64,000 bases of DNA from a virus (lineage: Duplodnaviria; Caudoviricetes). The translations under genes were made by a program, and so were the position numbers. The stretch lies in the IMG/VR virus record IMGVR_UViG_3300021431_000113, positions 1-64,000 of that record; one strand, 5' to 3'. Below, in pieces: positions 32,944-42,961 of the stretch; position 1 is the stretch's first letter, and each line of letters opens with the position of its first letter. The notes below the pieces were generated by a model. That model was given only the letters and a program-made list of their open reading frames with translations. It ran no database searches and was not told where the DNA came from.

Positions 32944-34614
32944 TTGATGAGAATCAGAAGACATGATGGTAATACCTATGAGACTCGTAATTTAACTATG
33001 TTACCAGAATATGATAATCTTCCTATTGATCAAGAGTCGGGAACAATTGATTTTGCAAAGATAAAAGTTGGAATTAAACAGCTTGAAGACGCCGTAATAA
33101 GTTGTCCACTTAGAAAAATAAATCAAGATTATGGTGATAAAGAATATATTTTAAGATGTTTACAAAAACAAGATATTAAAACTTTAAAATCTATTTCTCA
33201 ATTTTATTATAATGTAAGTGGTATTTATGCTAGATTATGTAGATATTTAGCTTATATGTATCGTTACGATTGGTACATTGTTCCATATGTTAGCGGCGGT
33301 GATACTTATCCAGCTGAATCTGATAAAGGTGATATTAGCGCAAATAATGTTGAAAAGATTATTACAAATTTCTTTAAGACAATGCGTTATTTAGACAATT
33401 TTAAAGCAAAGAAAACTTTAAAAGAAATTGCTTTAAAGATTGTTGTTGAAGGTTGTTATTATGGATATATAAAACATACACCAACAGGCCCAACTATTCA
33501 AGAATTACCTTCTGAATATTGTAGAAGTAGATTTAAGAAGGATAATCATGATGTTATTGAATTAAATATGAAATATTTTGATGATTATTATAAAGACCCT
33601 GCTTACCGTAGTAGAGTTTTAAAACTGTTTCCAGATGATATTCAAAAGGGATATAGGTTATATAAAAAGAAAAAGTTAAAGCCTGATTTTAATGGTGATA
33701 CTGATGGTTGGTATTTACTTGATCCTGAATGTGGATTTAAACTTCATTTAAATGAAAATGATATACCTATTATGTTACCGGTTATACCAGCAATTATTGA
33801 TTTGGATGAGGCGCAAGCGCTTGACCGAAAAAAGATGGCTCAAAGATTATTAAAGATTATTATTCAGAAAATGCCAATAGACAAGAATGGTGATTTAATA
33901 TTTGACCCAGATGAAACTCAACAGTTACATAATAATGCAGTTAGGATGTTATCAAGAGCAATAGGTGTTGATGTTTTAACTACATATGCGGATGTTGATG
34001 TTGCGGATATGGCTGACCATAATACAACTACTACAGTTGATGATTTGGAAAAAGTTGAGAGAACAGTATTTAACGAAGCTGGTATTTCTCAAATGCAATT
34101 CAATACTAATGGTAATATTGCCTTAGAAAAATCGATTGAGAATGATGCTGCTATGATGAGTACATTAACTGATCAATTTGAAGATTTAATGCAGCGATTG
34201 GTAGTAAACTTTAATAAGAGTCCAAAGAAAATTTACTATCAAGTTCAAATGTTACCAACAACTATTTATAATTATAAAGAGTTGTCAAAATTATATAAGG
34301 AACAAACCCAAATGGGTTATTCAAAGATGCTTCCACAAATTGCACTTGGACTTTCACAAAGTTCAATTCTTGCAAACGCATTCTTTGAAAATGATTTGCT
34401 TAATCTTGTTACGGTATTTGTTCCACCACTTACGTCTAATACTATGAATGCAGATGCCCTCGCGCAGCAGCAAACTGGTAGACGTAATACAGGATTAAAC
34501 GATGTTAGAAACACCACTGATGCTGGAGGTGAGGAAAAGCAAGTCGGCCGCCCAGAGAAAAGTGATGATGAAAAATCAACCAAAACTCTTCAAAACATTG
34601 AAAGCAAATCGTAA
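32944..34614 (+). CDS. portal protein
   Basis: 556 aa, position after terL and before protease/capsid; helical composition. Confidence 0.72.
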   Translation: MMRIRRHDGNTYETRNLTMLPEYDNLPIDQESGTIDFAKIKVGIKQLEDAVISCPLRKINQDYGDKEYILRCLQKQDIKTLKSISQFYYNVSGIYARLCRYLAYMYRYDWYIVPYVSGGDTYPAESDKGDISANNVEKIITNFFKTMRYLDNFKAKKTLKEIALKIVVEGCYYGYIKHTPTGPTIQELPSEYCRSRFKKDNHDVIELNMKYFDDYYKDPAYRSRVLKLFPDDIQKGYRLYKKKKLKPDFNGDTDGWYLLDPECGFKLHLNENDIPIMLPVIPAIIDLDEAQALDRKKMAQRLLKIIIQKMPIDKNGDLIFDPDETQQLHNNAVRMLSRAIGVDVLTTYADVDVADMADHNTTTTVDDLEKVERTVFNEAGISQMQFNTNGNIALEKSIENDAAMMSTLTDQFEDLMQRLVVNFNKSPKKIYYQVQMLPTTIYNYKELSKLYKEQTQMGYSKMLPQIALGLSQSSILANAFFENDLLNLVTVFVPPLTSNTMNADALAQQQTGRRNTGLNDVRNTTDAGGEEKQVGRPEKSDDEKSTKTLQNIESKS

Positions 34615-34637
34615 ATATTTAAAAGGAGGATGAATTA

Positions 34638-36122
34638 GTGAATAATTATCAGTCTATTGCTACAATCAATGCACCTGAGTTCATTAACTTGCAACCTCTT
34701 GACATTAATCCTATGATGTCTAAATGCGAAATTAAAGTTTTATATTTAGGTGAAAATAGGAATGGAACAAGTATTGACAAGCAAGCTGCTTCAAGCATGG
34801 CGAAAACTTTACGTGGAGCACCTATTGTTGGTTACTATAAAGAAAATAATCAAGATTTCTTTGACCACGGTGAACAAGTTATTATGGATGGGGATGGAAT
34901 TCATTTTAATACATTAACAAAACCGTATGGCTTTGTTTCTCCTGATGCTGAAGTATGGTTTCAAGAGTTTGAAGAGTTTGATGAAACTGGTGAATCTGTT
35001 ACGAGAACATATCTTATGACTACTGGTTATTTATGGTCTGGTCAGTTTAAAGAGGCTCAACAGATTTTTAATGATGGCGGGAAACCGCAATCTATGGAAC
35101 TTGATGAAAATTCTTTGCAAGGATTTTGGTCAAAAGGGGAAAATTCAGATTATGAATTTTTTATAATAAATGACGCAATATTTTCTAAATTATGTATATT
35201 AGGTGATGATGTAGAACCTTGTTTTGAAGGCGCATCTATAACTGCTCCTAATATCAGTAAGAATTTCACATTGGATGATACATTTAAGAGAACATTATAC
35301 TCAATGATGAAAGAATTACAAGAAACTTTACAAGGAGGTAAATATACAGTGGCAGATGAAATGAAAAAGAAATCAGTTGATTCATCTACAGTTGTTGAAG
35401 AGCAGACTACTGTTGAAGTATCTGGACCTCAAGAAGGAACAACTGAAACGCCAGTAACTGAGACTCCAAGTTCAGATAATACTGAGACACCGGGAGCTGA
35501 AGAAACTCCTACAACTCCTGCAGAAACACCTGCGGTAGAGGATTCTAATGATAGTGGCGAAGCTGCTACAGAGGGCACTGAAGGTGGTGAATCTGGCGGA
35601 GAAGGTGGTTCCGAAGGTGGAGATGGTTCTACTGATTACGTAAAGAAAGACGATGAAGAAGATGCTAAAGAAAGTGATAAAGAAGATTCAGACAAAAAAG
35701 AAAATTCAGAAGATAAGAAAGATGATGATGATGAAAAGAAAAAGTATGCTCTGATCGTTACTGAATTAGAGGAACTTCAAAAGTCTTATACAGCCCTTCA
35801 AGAGGAGCATGAAAAAACTGTTGCTGAATTAGCTTCTTTCAAGGACTATAAACTTAATGTAGAAAATGAAAAGAAAGACGCTTTAATTGCAGAGTTTTAT
35901 ATGCTTTCTGATGAAGATAAGAAAGATGTTATTGACCATAAGACAGAGTATAGTTTAGATGAAATTAAATCTAAATTAGCTGTTTTATGTTATGATAAGA
36001 AAGTAAGTTATACAAAGGATGAAGAAGTTACTCCTGGTATGACAGTCAATATTAACACTTATTCTAATTCCGATATGCCAGATTGGCTACAGGAAGTAGA
36101 TAAACGTATCTCACAACAATAA
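34638..36122 (+). CDS. prohead protease/scaffold fusion
   Basis: N-terminal globular domain (DHGE, QSME, LCILG), T/P/E/G-rich acidic linker, coiled-coil C-terminus. Confidence 0.68.
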   Translation: MNNYQSIATINAPEFINLQPLDINPMMSKCEIKVLYLGENRNGTSIDKQAASSMAKTLRGAPIVGYYKENNQDFFDHGEQVIMDGDGIHFNTLTKPYGFVSPDAEVWFQEFEEFDETGESVTRTYLMTTGYLWSGQFKEAQQIFNDGGKPQSMELDENSLQGFWSKGENSDYEFFIINDAIFSKLCILGDDVEPCFEGASITAPNISKNFTLDDTFKRTLYSMMKELQETLQGGKYTVADEMKKKSVDSSTVVEEQTTVEVSGPQEGTTETPVTETPSSDNTETPGAEETPTTPAETPAVEDSNDSGEAATEGTEGGESGGEGGSEGGDGSTDYVKKDDEEDAKESDKEDSDKKENSEDKKDDDDEKKKYALIVTELEELQKSYTALQEEHEKTVAELASFKDYKLNVENEKKDALIAEFYMLSDEDKKDVIDHKTEYSLDEIKSKLAVLCYDKKVSYTKDEEVTPGMTVNINTYSNSDMPDWLQEVDKRISQQ

Positions 36123-36142
36123 AATAAGGAGGAAAAGTCAAA

Positions 36143-36685
36143 ATGGCTACAATCAAAAGAAAAGGTTTTGGTCAGGTTGAGCCTAATCATCTTTCAGCTC
36201 AGAGAACTGGACAGATTTACGCTCAATTAATCGCTGATAAGAATCTTAATATTATTGAGAACGGTATGTTCTTAAAATATGATTATCAAAACAGAAAAGC
36301 TGTTGCTAATGCTTCTGTTGCAGGTGAATGGCTTTTAGTTTATAATGAAGAAAAACTTTATGATCCTCGTAGACAGTCTCATAAGGATTTTGCTATGATA
36401 AAGACAGATTATGTCGATGGTGAAATGGTTCCTCGTCTTTTTAAGACAAATATAGGAGATATTTTCACAACAAATACACTTGAAGCTAACACATCTGATT
36501 CAGCAGTTACAACTGGTGTAACTGTCAATGAGGGGGACACTCTTGTTGTTGGAAGTACAGGTTATCTTGAAGTACTTGGAGCTAGTGCAACTGCAACTGC
36601 GCCTGCATTTAAGGTAGTTGCTATAACAACAATGCCTGATGCTGATACTGATTATCCGGCTGTTAAGTTACAACGTATATTATAA
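36143..36685 (+). CDS. virion head protein (decoration/minor capsid candidate)
   Basis: Between scaffold and MCP, strong RBS, high-expression codons. Confidence 0.55.
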   Translation: MATIKRKGFGQVEPNHLSAQRTGQIYAQLIADKNLNIIENGMFLKYDYQNRKAVANASVAGEWLLVYNEEKLYDPRRQSHKDFAMIKTDYVDGEMVPRLFKTNIGDIFTTNTLEANTSDSAVTTGVTVNEGDTLVVGSTGYLEVLGASATATAPAFKVVAITTMPDADTDYPAVKLQRIL

Positions 36686-36703
36686 TATAGGAGGATTAAT
36701 ACA

Positions 36704-37786
36704 ATGTCATTAGAAAAGAAAAGTCTTATTACTTTAGCTAAGACAGTGGCAAAAGCTAATCCTCAAGCTGCTGTTGCTTATAGCTTTGGTGATAAAAATT
36801 ATACTTATGCTCAATTAGATGAAACTCTTAGAGCAGAATTAAAAGAAATTGCTGGTACATATCAGCTTTACAGAGAGAATAAGAATATTCTCTTTGAACT
36901 TATTGAGGAAGTTGTAAATGAAGTTCTTCCTGCAAGAGTTATCGAGCAGTATGGTTCATTTGCAGATATCCGTGTATTCGGACAGGGCGAAAAGCCTATA
37001 TTCTCAGTTAAGACTTCACAGGCTTCTAAACAGAGAGCAAAGAAGTTCGTAACAAAGGTTGGACTTGCTGGTGTATATGAAGTATTCAAACTTGATGGAT
37101 ACACCTTAGAAGTTCCTACAGAAGCATGGGGCGGAGCTGCTCAGATTGGTATCGAGGAATATCTTGATGGCAGAATCGACATGGCTGACGTAGTTGAGAT
37201 TATCAATGATGGTCTTAATGAGTGCGTATTTAGAGAAATCGCAAAAGCTCTTAAGTCTGTTATCGCTCAGATTCAGCAGACAAATAAGAAAGCTAACAAC
37301 TCATTTGTTCAGGCAGATATGGATGCACTTCTTCAGATTGCTGATGCATATGGAAAGGCTACTATTTACTGTACATTTGAATTTGCTGCTACAATGGTTC
37401 CAGACAATAACTGGATTTCAAATGAGCAGAAGAACACAATGTGGAACACAGGTTACCTTGCTAATTACAAGGGACATAATGTTGTTATCCTTCCTAACTC
37501 ATTTGAAGATACAAAGAACACTCAGAAAGTTATGGATCCTTCATATGCTTATATCATCCCAACAGGTGCTGATAAGCCTATCAAGATCGCTTTCGAAGGT
37601 GATGCACTCGTTAGAGAATGGGAAAACAGGGATTGGTCAAGAGAAATCCAGACTTATAAGAAATTTGGTGTTGGTATCGTAGGTCTCAATAATGGTATCT
37701 GTGTATATCAAAATACAACTCTTGCTCCAGCTGCTAAGACACTTGTTCTTAATGCTGCACCTGGATTAGATCCAGTATATCAGTAA
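36704..37786 (+). CDS. major capsid protein
   Basis: 360 aa, position, biased codon use, followed by terminator. Confidence 0.8.
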   Translation: MSLEKKSLITLAKTVAKANPQAAVAYSFGDKNYTYAQLDETLRAELKEIAGTYQLYRENKNILFELIEEVVNEVLPARVIEQYGSFADIRVFGQGEKPIFSVKTSQASKQRAKKFVTKVGLAGVYEVFKLDGYTLEVPTEAWGGAAQIGIEEYLDGRIDMADVVEIINDGLNECVFREIAKALKSVIAQIQQTNKKANNSFVQADMDALLQIADAYGKATIYCTFEFAATMVPDNNWISNEQKNTMWNTGYLANYKGHNVVILPNSFEDTKNTQKVMDPSYAYIIPTGADKPIKIAFEGDALVREWENRDWSREIQTYKKFGVGIVGLNNGICVYQNTTLAPAAKTLVLNAAPGLDPVYQ

Positions 37787-37805
37787 GATTTAATAAAAAT
37801 AAATA

Positions 37806-37840
37806 GGGGAGATTAGGAGATTTAATCTCCCCTTATTTAT
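37806..37840 (+). terminator. intrinsic terminator after MCP
   Basis: GGGGAGATTA/TAATCTCCCC plus T-rich tail. Confidence 0.8.
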
Positions 37841-37869
37841 ATATTGAGAGATAAAAGGAGATAAAAACA

Positions 37870-38421
37870 ATGGATGAAAATAAGAAAATAAAAGTACAAA
37901 ATAGAGATTTTGGTACTGTAGGATATACTATTCCTGATTTAAATAATCTACATAGAACATTTCAACCTAATGAAACAAAAGTTTTAACTTTTGATGAACT
38001 TTTTAAACTTTCTCAAGTTCCTGGCGGCGACTACATAATTGCTAATTATTTGATTATTCATGATGAAGAAGCTGTTAAAGAGCTTATAGGTATGATCGAG
38101 CCAGAATATTTTTATACTGAGCAGGATATTATAAGATTAATGCAGTCTGGTTCAACAGATGAATTTGAAGATTGTTTAAATTTTGCTCCACTTGGAGTTC
38201 TTGAATTAATTAAACAGGTTGCGGTTTCACTTCCGCTCAATGATGTTGCAAAGCGCGATTTAATTTTAAAGAAACTCAGTTTTGATGTAGCAAGCGCAAT
38301 TGAACTTACAAAAGAAGATGAAGTTGAAGAGGTACCAGTTGTTAAGAGAAAAGCAGCTGTTCCTAAGACAGAAGATAAAGCACCTGTTAGAAAAGTAGTA
38401 AAAGCAACTGCTTCACAATAA
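37870..38421 (+). CDS. hypothetical virion-module protein
   Basis: AAGGAG RBS. Confidence 0.7.
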   Translation: MDENKKIKVQNRDFGTVGYTIPDLNNLHRTFQPNETKVLTFDELFKLSQVPGGDYIIANYLIIHDEEAVKELIGMIEPEYFYTEQDIIRLMQSGSTDEFEDCLNFAPLGVLELIKQVAVSLPLNDVAKRDLILKKLSFDVASAIELTKEDEVEEVPVVKRKAAVPKTEDKAPVRKVVKATASQ

Positions 38422-38442
38422 TGTAATAAGGAGGAATGAAAA

Positions 38443-38991
38443 ATGACACCATGTTCACAAGTTTATAATGCGTTCCTCAGACAAATTACAGATGATATGT
38501 ATATGGAATTAACTAAAGAAGATACTTTAAGTATGTTAAGTGAATTGCTTGATTCCGCAATACCTTGGTTTGAGTTTCCAAGACAAACCTTAGATATTCA
38601 ACCACCTGAAGATCCTGATGATGAAGAGGATGGTTATTTTTCAAATGATTTATCTAATGAAGAAATAAAAATTCTTGCAGTCTATATGGTTCAGGAATGG
38701 ATTGGTCAACAGCTTGCAAGTGTTGAAAATATAAGGATGAAGTATAGTGGTTCAGATTTTAAACTTACTTCACAAGCTAATCATTTAGCTAAATTACAAA
38801 GTCTTCAAAAAGAATATGAAAGAAAAGGATTCCATTTACAAAGACTTTATAAAAGAAGAAAAATAGATGATAATGGTGTTTATCGTTCCACTATGCACAC
38901 GATTATGGAAACTCCTGTTTACCCAGCAACTCTTGGTAATGAAGGACCTAATAGTCCTTACGATAGACAGGAGGGAAAATGGGATGAATAA
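38443..38991 (+). CDS. head-tail adaptor candidate
   Basis: Position after MCP; helical, 182 aa. Confidence 0.5.
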   Translation: MTPCSQVYNAFLRQITDDMYMELTKEDTLSMLSELLDSAIPWFEFPRQTLDIQPPEDPDDEEDGYFSNDLSNEEIKILAVYMVQEWIGQQLASVENIRMKYSGSDFKLTSQANHLAKLQSLQKEYERKGFHLQRLYKRRKIDDNGVYRSTMHTIMETPVYPATLGNEGPNSPYDRQEGKWDE

Positions 38992-39298
38992 ATATAATTT
39001 AGAAATTAACGAAAAAGTTTTTCAATCTAATTTGAAAAGAAATATTAACTTAATATATAAATTATTACCAATGCGCGAAGAGGGTGCAGATTGGACAAAA
39101 CCATTAGAAACTATTATCGAAGAATTAGTTGGCATGAATCAGCTGTTAGTCGACTTGCAGCCCGCCCTATTTCCTATCATTTGTAAATTAGAAGGACTCT
39201 TTAGCTTAACAGAAGAAAAAGATATGGCTTTATTTAGAAGAGTTATCTTTGAATGTCTGTCGCTCTTGAGTAAAATTGATTATGAAAGCATTAGATAA
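38984..39298 (+). CDS. hypothetical neck-region protein
   Basis: Start reset to MNKYNLE after GGAGG. Confidence 0.65.
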   Translation: MNKYNLEINEKVFQSNLKRNINLIYKLLPMREEGADWTKPLETIIEELVGMNQLLVDLQPALFPIICKLEGLFSLTEEKDMALFRRVIFECLSLLSKIDYESIR

Positions 39299-40283
39299 TA
39301 TGCGTCATAGATTAGATTATAATGGCGGAAGCGCGCAGCAAAGTCGAATGATTGAAGATAAATTAAAAAGTTTAAAAAAAGCTTTATTATATTCATATCA
39401 AGCTGGCACTATGGTTATAGATAATCCTGACGAAGACAATACGTTACCTCAATTAGAGTTTCGTTGTTTAATGAATCCAGATAAAAGAACATTTGAAACA
39501 GATAAGATGATGTTATCTGTACCTTTTGAAGATATATGTTTAAACGCTCCTCGAGTTGGAAAAACGACAGAAGGAATTATTCCTGTCCCTGTAAAATGTG
39601 GAAAGACTTTTATTTGGAAAGAAACGAATACTCGTTGGATAGTAACTTTACAATATATAGAAGAATATGCTTATTTTAGAGCAGATGTTAGAAAATGTTT
39701 TGAGTATCCTTTAACTATTGATGGAAAAGATTATTACTTTGCTTCTGTTGGTGAACAAGAAGAAATTATTGAATGGTTAAGAAGAAATAAAGAAGAATGG
39801 AATAAACTAAATTATACTCGTACAATTTATTTAGAAAGAAATGAAGATACTTTAGCATTTTTTAAAAGATTTAAAATAGTTAAATTACCAAATATTCAAG
39901 GTAAATTAGAATCATGGGAGGTACAAGCAGTATCTCCTAATTCTGTTGATAATATTCTTATTGTTCATGTAAAAGAATATTTTGAAAATCAATATGAAGA
40001 TTTGAGCAATGAAATACAAAATGAAATCAAAGAACGTAATGAGATAGAAGAGAATTTAGTATGTAAAGCTTATGATAAAATTTCTTGTACTACTAATTAT
40101 ATTCAAGATGCATTATGGTCTATTGAAAATATAACAAAAGGCTTATCTCTTGATATAGAAGATGCTATTGTTCAAGGTGATAAGACCACTGTATATGTGC
40201 AATTACTTAATGGGAAAACAGGTGAATTTGATTTGTATTATAATAATAAACTTGTTAAACACGTTGTAGTGCAATCATTATAA
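39282..40283 (+). CDS. head-closure/neck protein candidate
   Basis: Position; beta-rich, 333 aa. Confidence 0.5.
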   Translation: MKALDNMRHRLDYNGGSAQQSRMIEDKLKSLKKALLYSYQAGTMVIDNPDEDNTLPQLEFRCLMNPDKRTFETDKMMLSVPFEDICLNAPRVGKTTEGIIPVPVKCGKTFIWKETNTRWIVTLQYIEEYAYFRADVRKCFEYPLTIDGKDYYFASVGEQEEIIEWLRRNKEEWNKLNYTRTIYLERNEDTLAFFKRFKIVKLPNIQGKLESWEVQAVSPNSVDNILIVHVKEYFENQYEDLSNEIQNEIKERNEIEENLVCKAYDKISCTTNYIQDALWSIENITKGLSLDIEDAIVQGDKTTVYVQLLNGKTGEFDLYYNNKLVKHVVVQSL

Positions 40284-40305
40284 GAGATAAAAGGAGTAAG
40301 ATAAA

Positions 40306-40893
40306 ATGCAGAGAAACGGATTACCCCCAATACAATCTTCATTCTTATCTTGCGATAAAGATACTGAATTAATATTAAATAAGCTGTTTGTTGAATCTGG
40401 CAAATACAGTACATGGTTAAAAAGATTATTAATTATTAATACTAAAGATTGTTTAGACCCTACAATAAGGAAATATGATGATATAGTAAATCATTATAGT
40501 GTTCATGATTTATTTGAAAAACAATATATTAGAACTACTCCAAGATTAGAGTTTAATGAGCATGAAGATGTTCAATCTTATATTTTATTAAATTTTGATA
40601 ATTTTACAACCAATTCAAGAAATGAACAGTTTAGAGATTGTATGATTAATTTTGATATATTATGCAATACAAAACAGTGGGATTTACAAGGTTTTAGAGT
40701 TAGACCACTTATGATTGCAGGATATATAGATGGTATATTAAATTTAGGTAAACTATCTGGAGTGGGTGAAACGTATTTTCTTGGATGTAATGAGTTAATT
40801 TTGGACCCAAATTTAGTGGGATATACTTTATCCTATCATGTTGTTCATTTTACAGAAGATGATGCTAAATTAGAAGAACTAGCGAGTAAATGA
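40306..40893 (+). CDS. tail terminator/neck protein candidate
   Basis: Position; INFDILC motif. Confidence 0.45.
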   Translation: MQRNGLPPIQSSFLSCDKDTELILNKLFVESGKYSTWLKRLLIINTKDCLDPTIRKYDDIVNHYSVHDLFEKQYIRTTPRLEFNEHEDVQSYILLNFDNFTTNSRNEQFRDCMINFDILCNTKQWDLQGFRVRPLMIAGYIDGILNLGKLSGVGETYFLGCNELILDPNLVGYTLSYHVVHFTEDDAKLEELASK

Positions 40894-41699
40894 ATAGAAA
40901 AAGAATAGTCCATAAATTATTATTAGATACCAAGAGCGATATTCCATTTCCGTCTGCTCAATTAACCATATATCAACCGTCTATTGCAGAAATAGGTTTA
41001 TTGGGCGAACCTCAATTTTTTGTTGCTGTAAATAGTTTAACTAGAGATTACAAAAATCTAAAGATTGAGGACAATTTTGATTTAGATAGTTTAACGAATT
41101 TTGATATATTAATGTCAATAATGAGAGAAAAAACTGAAAACGGTCATTATATCTTTTTTAGTGTTGTACAGTTATTAGAATTAATTTTTCCTAAATATAA
41201 AATTAATTTTACTCCTAGGTCTTTTATATTTCAGCCTAAAGAAAAGGATGAAAATGAACCTCCTCAAACATTGATGATTGATGGAAACAACTTTGAAGAG
41301 TTTGCGAATATTATTTATGATATGTTTGGACTTGCTGCTTTAACTGGAGATGCTGAAACAGACTATAATCCGCAAGGAGACCGCGCTCGCGCATTAGTTG
41401 AAAAATTCAAAAAGAAACATGAATATTTGGCTGATATGCGAAAACAAAGAGGAGAAGATACTGCGTTAAATAGTGTCTTTGGTAGATATATAAATATCCT
41501 TGCTATTGGAGAGCAAAAAGATAAGAATGAATTAAAACAGTATTCAGTTTATCAACTTATTGAAGAGTTTAAACGTTTCCAATTAAAAGAAACATTTGAC
41601 TATACATTCCAAGCTAAAATGGCTGGAGCGCAAAATGTAAAAGACGCTAAAGATTGGATGCAAGACATTACTCTTGGCGTTGAATTAGAAGAAGAATAA
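40890..41699 (+). CDS. hypothetical tail-module protein
   Basis: Coupled to upstream gene, precedes tail tube gene. Confidence 0.65.
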   Translation: MNRKRIVHKLLLDTKSDIPFPSAQLTIYQPSIAEIGLLGEPQFFVAVNSLTRDYKNLKIEDNFDLDSLTNFDILMSIMREKTENGHYIFFSVVQLLELIFPKYKINFTPRSFIFQPKEKDENEPPQTLMIDGNNFEEFANIIYDMFGLAALTGDAETDYNPQGDRARALVEKFKKKHEYLADMRKQRGEDTALNSVFGRYINILAIGEQKDKNELKQYSVYQLIEEFKRFQLKETFDYTFQAKMAGAQNVKDAKDWMQDITLGVELEEE

Positions 41700-41717
41700 T
41701 TAAGGAGGAAAATACAA

Positions 41718-42884
41718 ATGAAATTTGGTGTTCGCGAATGTGCTAACATAGTGTTCAGAGCAAAAACTCCTACTAACATTGGTAAGTATAAGTTTAAGGC
41801 TGGACAACCTGTACTTTATATCGATACAGCAACAACTTCATCTGTAGAGCAAGCTACTACAACTGTTTATGCACAGGGTGGTAGAGGTAATGTTCGTCTT
41901 ATCTCTTGGGAAGGTGAGAAGACTTTAACATTTACTGTTGAAGATGCTTTACTTTCACCTATTTCTCTTGCTATGCTTTCAGGTGCTGATCTGTTCCAGG
42001 GATCTACTGGAGTTGAATCAGTACATTTCCATACTACTTCTACAGCTACATTAGAAGTTACTGGTACTGGAGATCAGAAGAAAGGTTGGATCGATTTAAA
42101 GAACGTACTTGGTGCTAAAGAAACTTTATGTCCTACAAATGATTCTCCTATTTATGTTATTGTCACTGAAGGTGATGGTAGTTTAACAGGTAAGATGATT
42201 GAAGGTACTAAGGTTGAAGTTGGTAATATTACTATTGATGCAGAAACCGGTGCTAAGACATTTACAGCTGGTAAAAATAGTGATGGAGTAGCACAAGCTA
42301 TTCAGATTACAAAGCCAACTGTTGCTGGTTTACAAGATTGGTATAAGGCTACTGATGAAGGTGCTGCTGACGCTAAAATAGGAGCAGGACAAATTGCTGT
42401 ATTCGTAGATTATTATCTTGATAAGAAAGCTACAGCAGTTGATGAACTTCAGATTGCTGCTGATAACTTTGCTGGTAACTATTATGTAGAAGCTGATACA
42501 TTATTCAGACGTAAGAGTGATGGTGTTGATATGCCTGCTAACTTAACATTCCCTAATGTTAAGATTCAGTCTAACCTTACATTCCAGTTATCTGGAACTG
42601 GAGATCCTTCAACATTTACCTTTACAATGGACGCTCTTCCAGGATATACTTATTTTGATAAGTCAAGAGAAGTTCTTTGTGTAATTCAGGTTATTGAAGA
42701 CCAGACAAATGCTGATAAGGTTATTAACCCAGTTATGCCTCATAACACAACACTTGAACATGATGACAATGAGATTTATGATTCAAGATATATTGGTTAT
42801 GGTGAAACAGCTAATACAACAACTCAAGGAAATCCTAAGTCCGAATCAAGTAGGACACCTGAGAATCCAGATGCTGCTGGTTAA
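41718..42884 (+). CDS. major tail (tube) protein
   Basis: KTLTFTVEDAL and TFTFTMDALP tube-type motifs, high-expression codons, terminator downstream. Confidence 0.72.
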   Translation: MKFGVRECANIVFRAKTPTNIGKYKFKAGQPVLYIDTATTSSVEQATTTVYAQGGRGNVRLISWEGEKTLTFTVEDALLSPISLAMLSGADLFQGSTGVESVHFHTTSTATLEVTGTGDQKKGWIDLKNVLGAKETLCPTNDSPIYVIVTEGDGSLTGKMIEGTKVEVGNITIDAETGAKTFTAGKNSDGVAQAIQITKPTVAGLQDWYKATDEGAADAKIGAGQIAVFVDYYLDKKATAVDELQIAADNFAGNYYVEADTLFRRKSDGVDMPANLTFPNVKIQSNLTFQLSGTGDPSTFTFTMDALPGYTYFDKSREVLCVIQVIEDQTNADKVINPVMPHNTTLEHDDNEIYDSRYIGYGETANTTTQGNPKSESSRTPENPDAAG

Positions 42885-42897
42885 TTAAAAATATATT

Positions 42898-42936
42898 GCG
42901 GGGGGTGCGTGTAATACGCACTCCCGCTATTTTTTT
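42898..42936 (+). terminator. intrinsic terminator after tail tube gene
   Basis: GCGGGGG-GTGCGT/ACGCAC-TCCCGC plus T run. Confidence 0.8.
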
Positions 42937-42961
42937 AGGTAAAGGAAGGTTGTGATTATTA

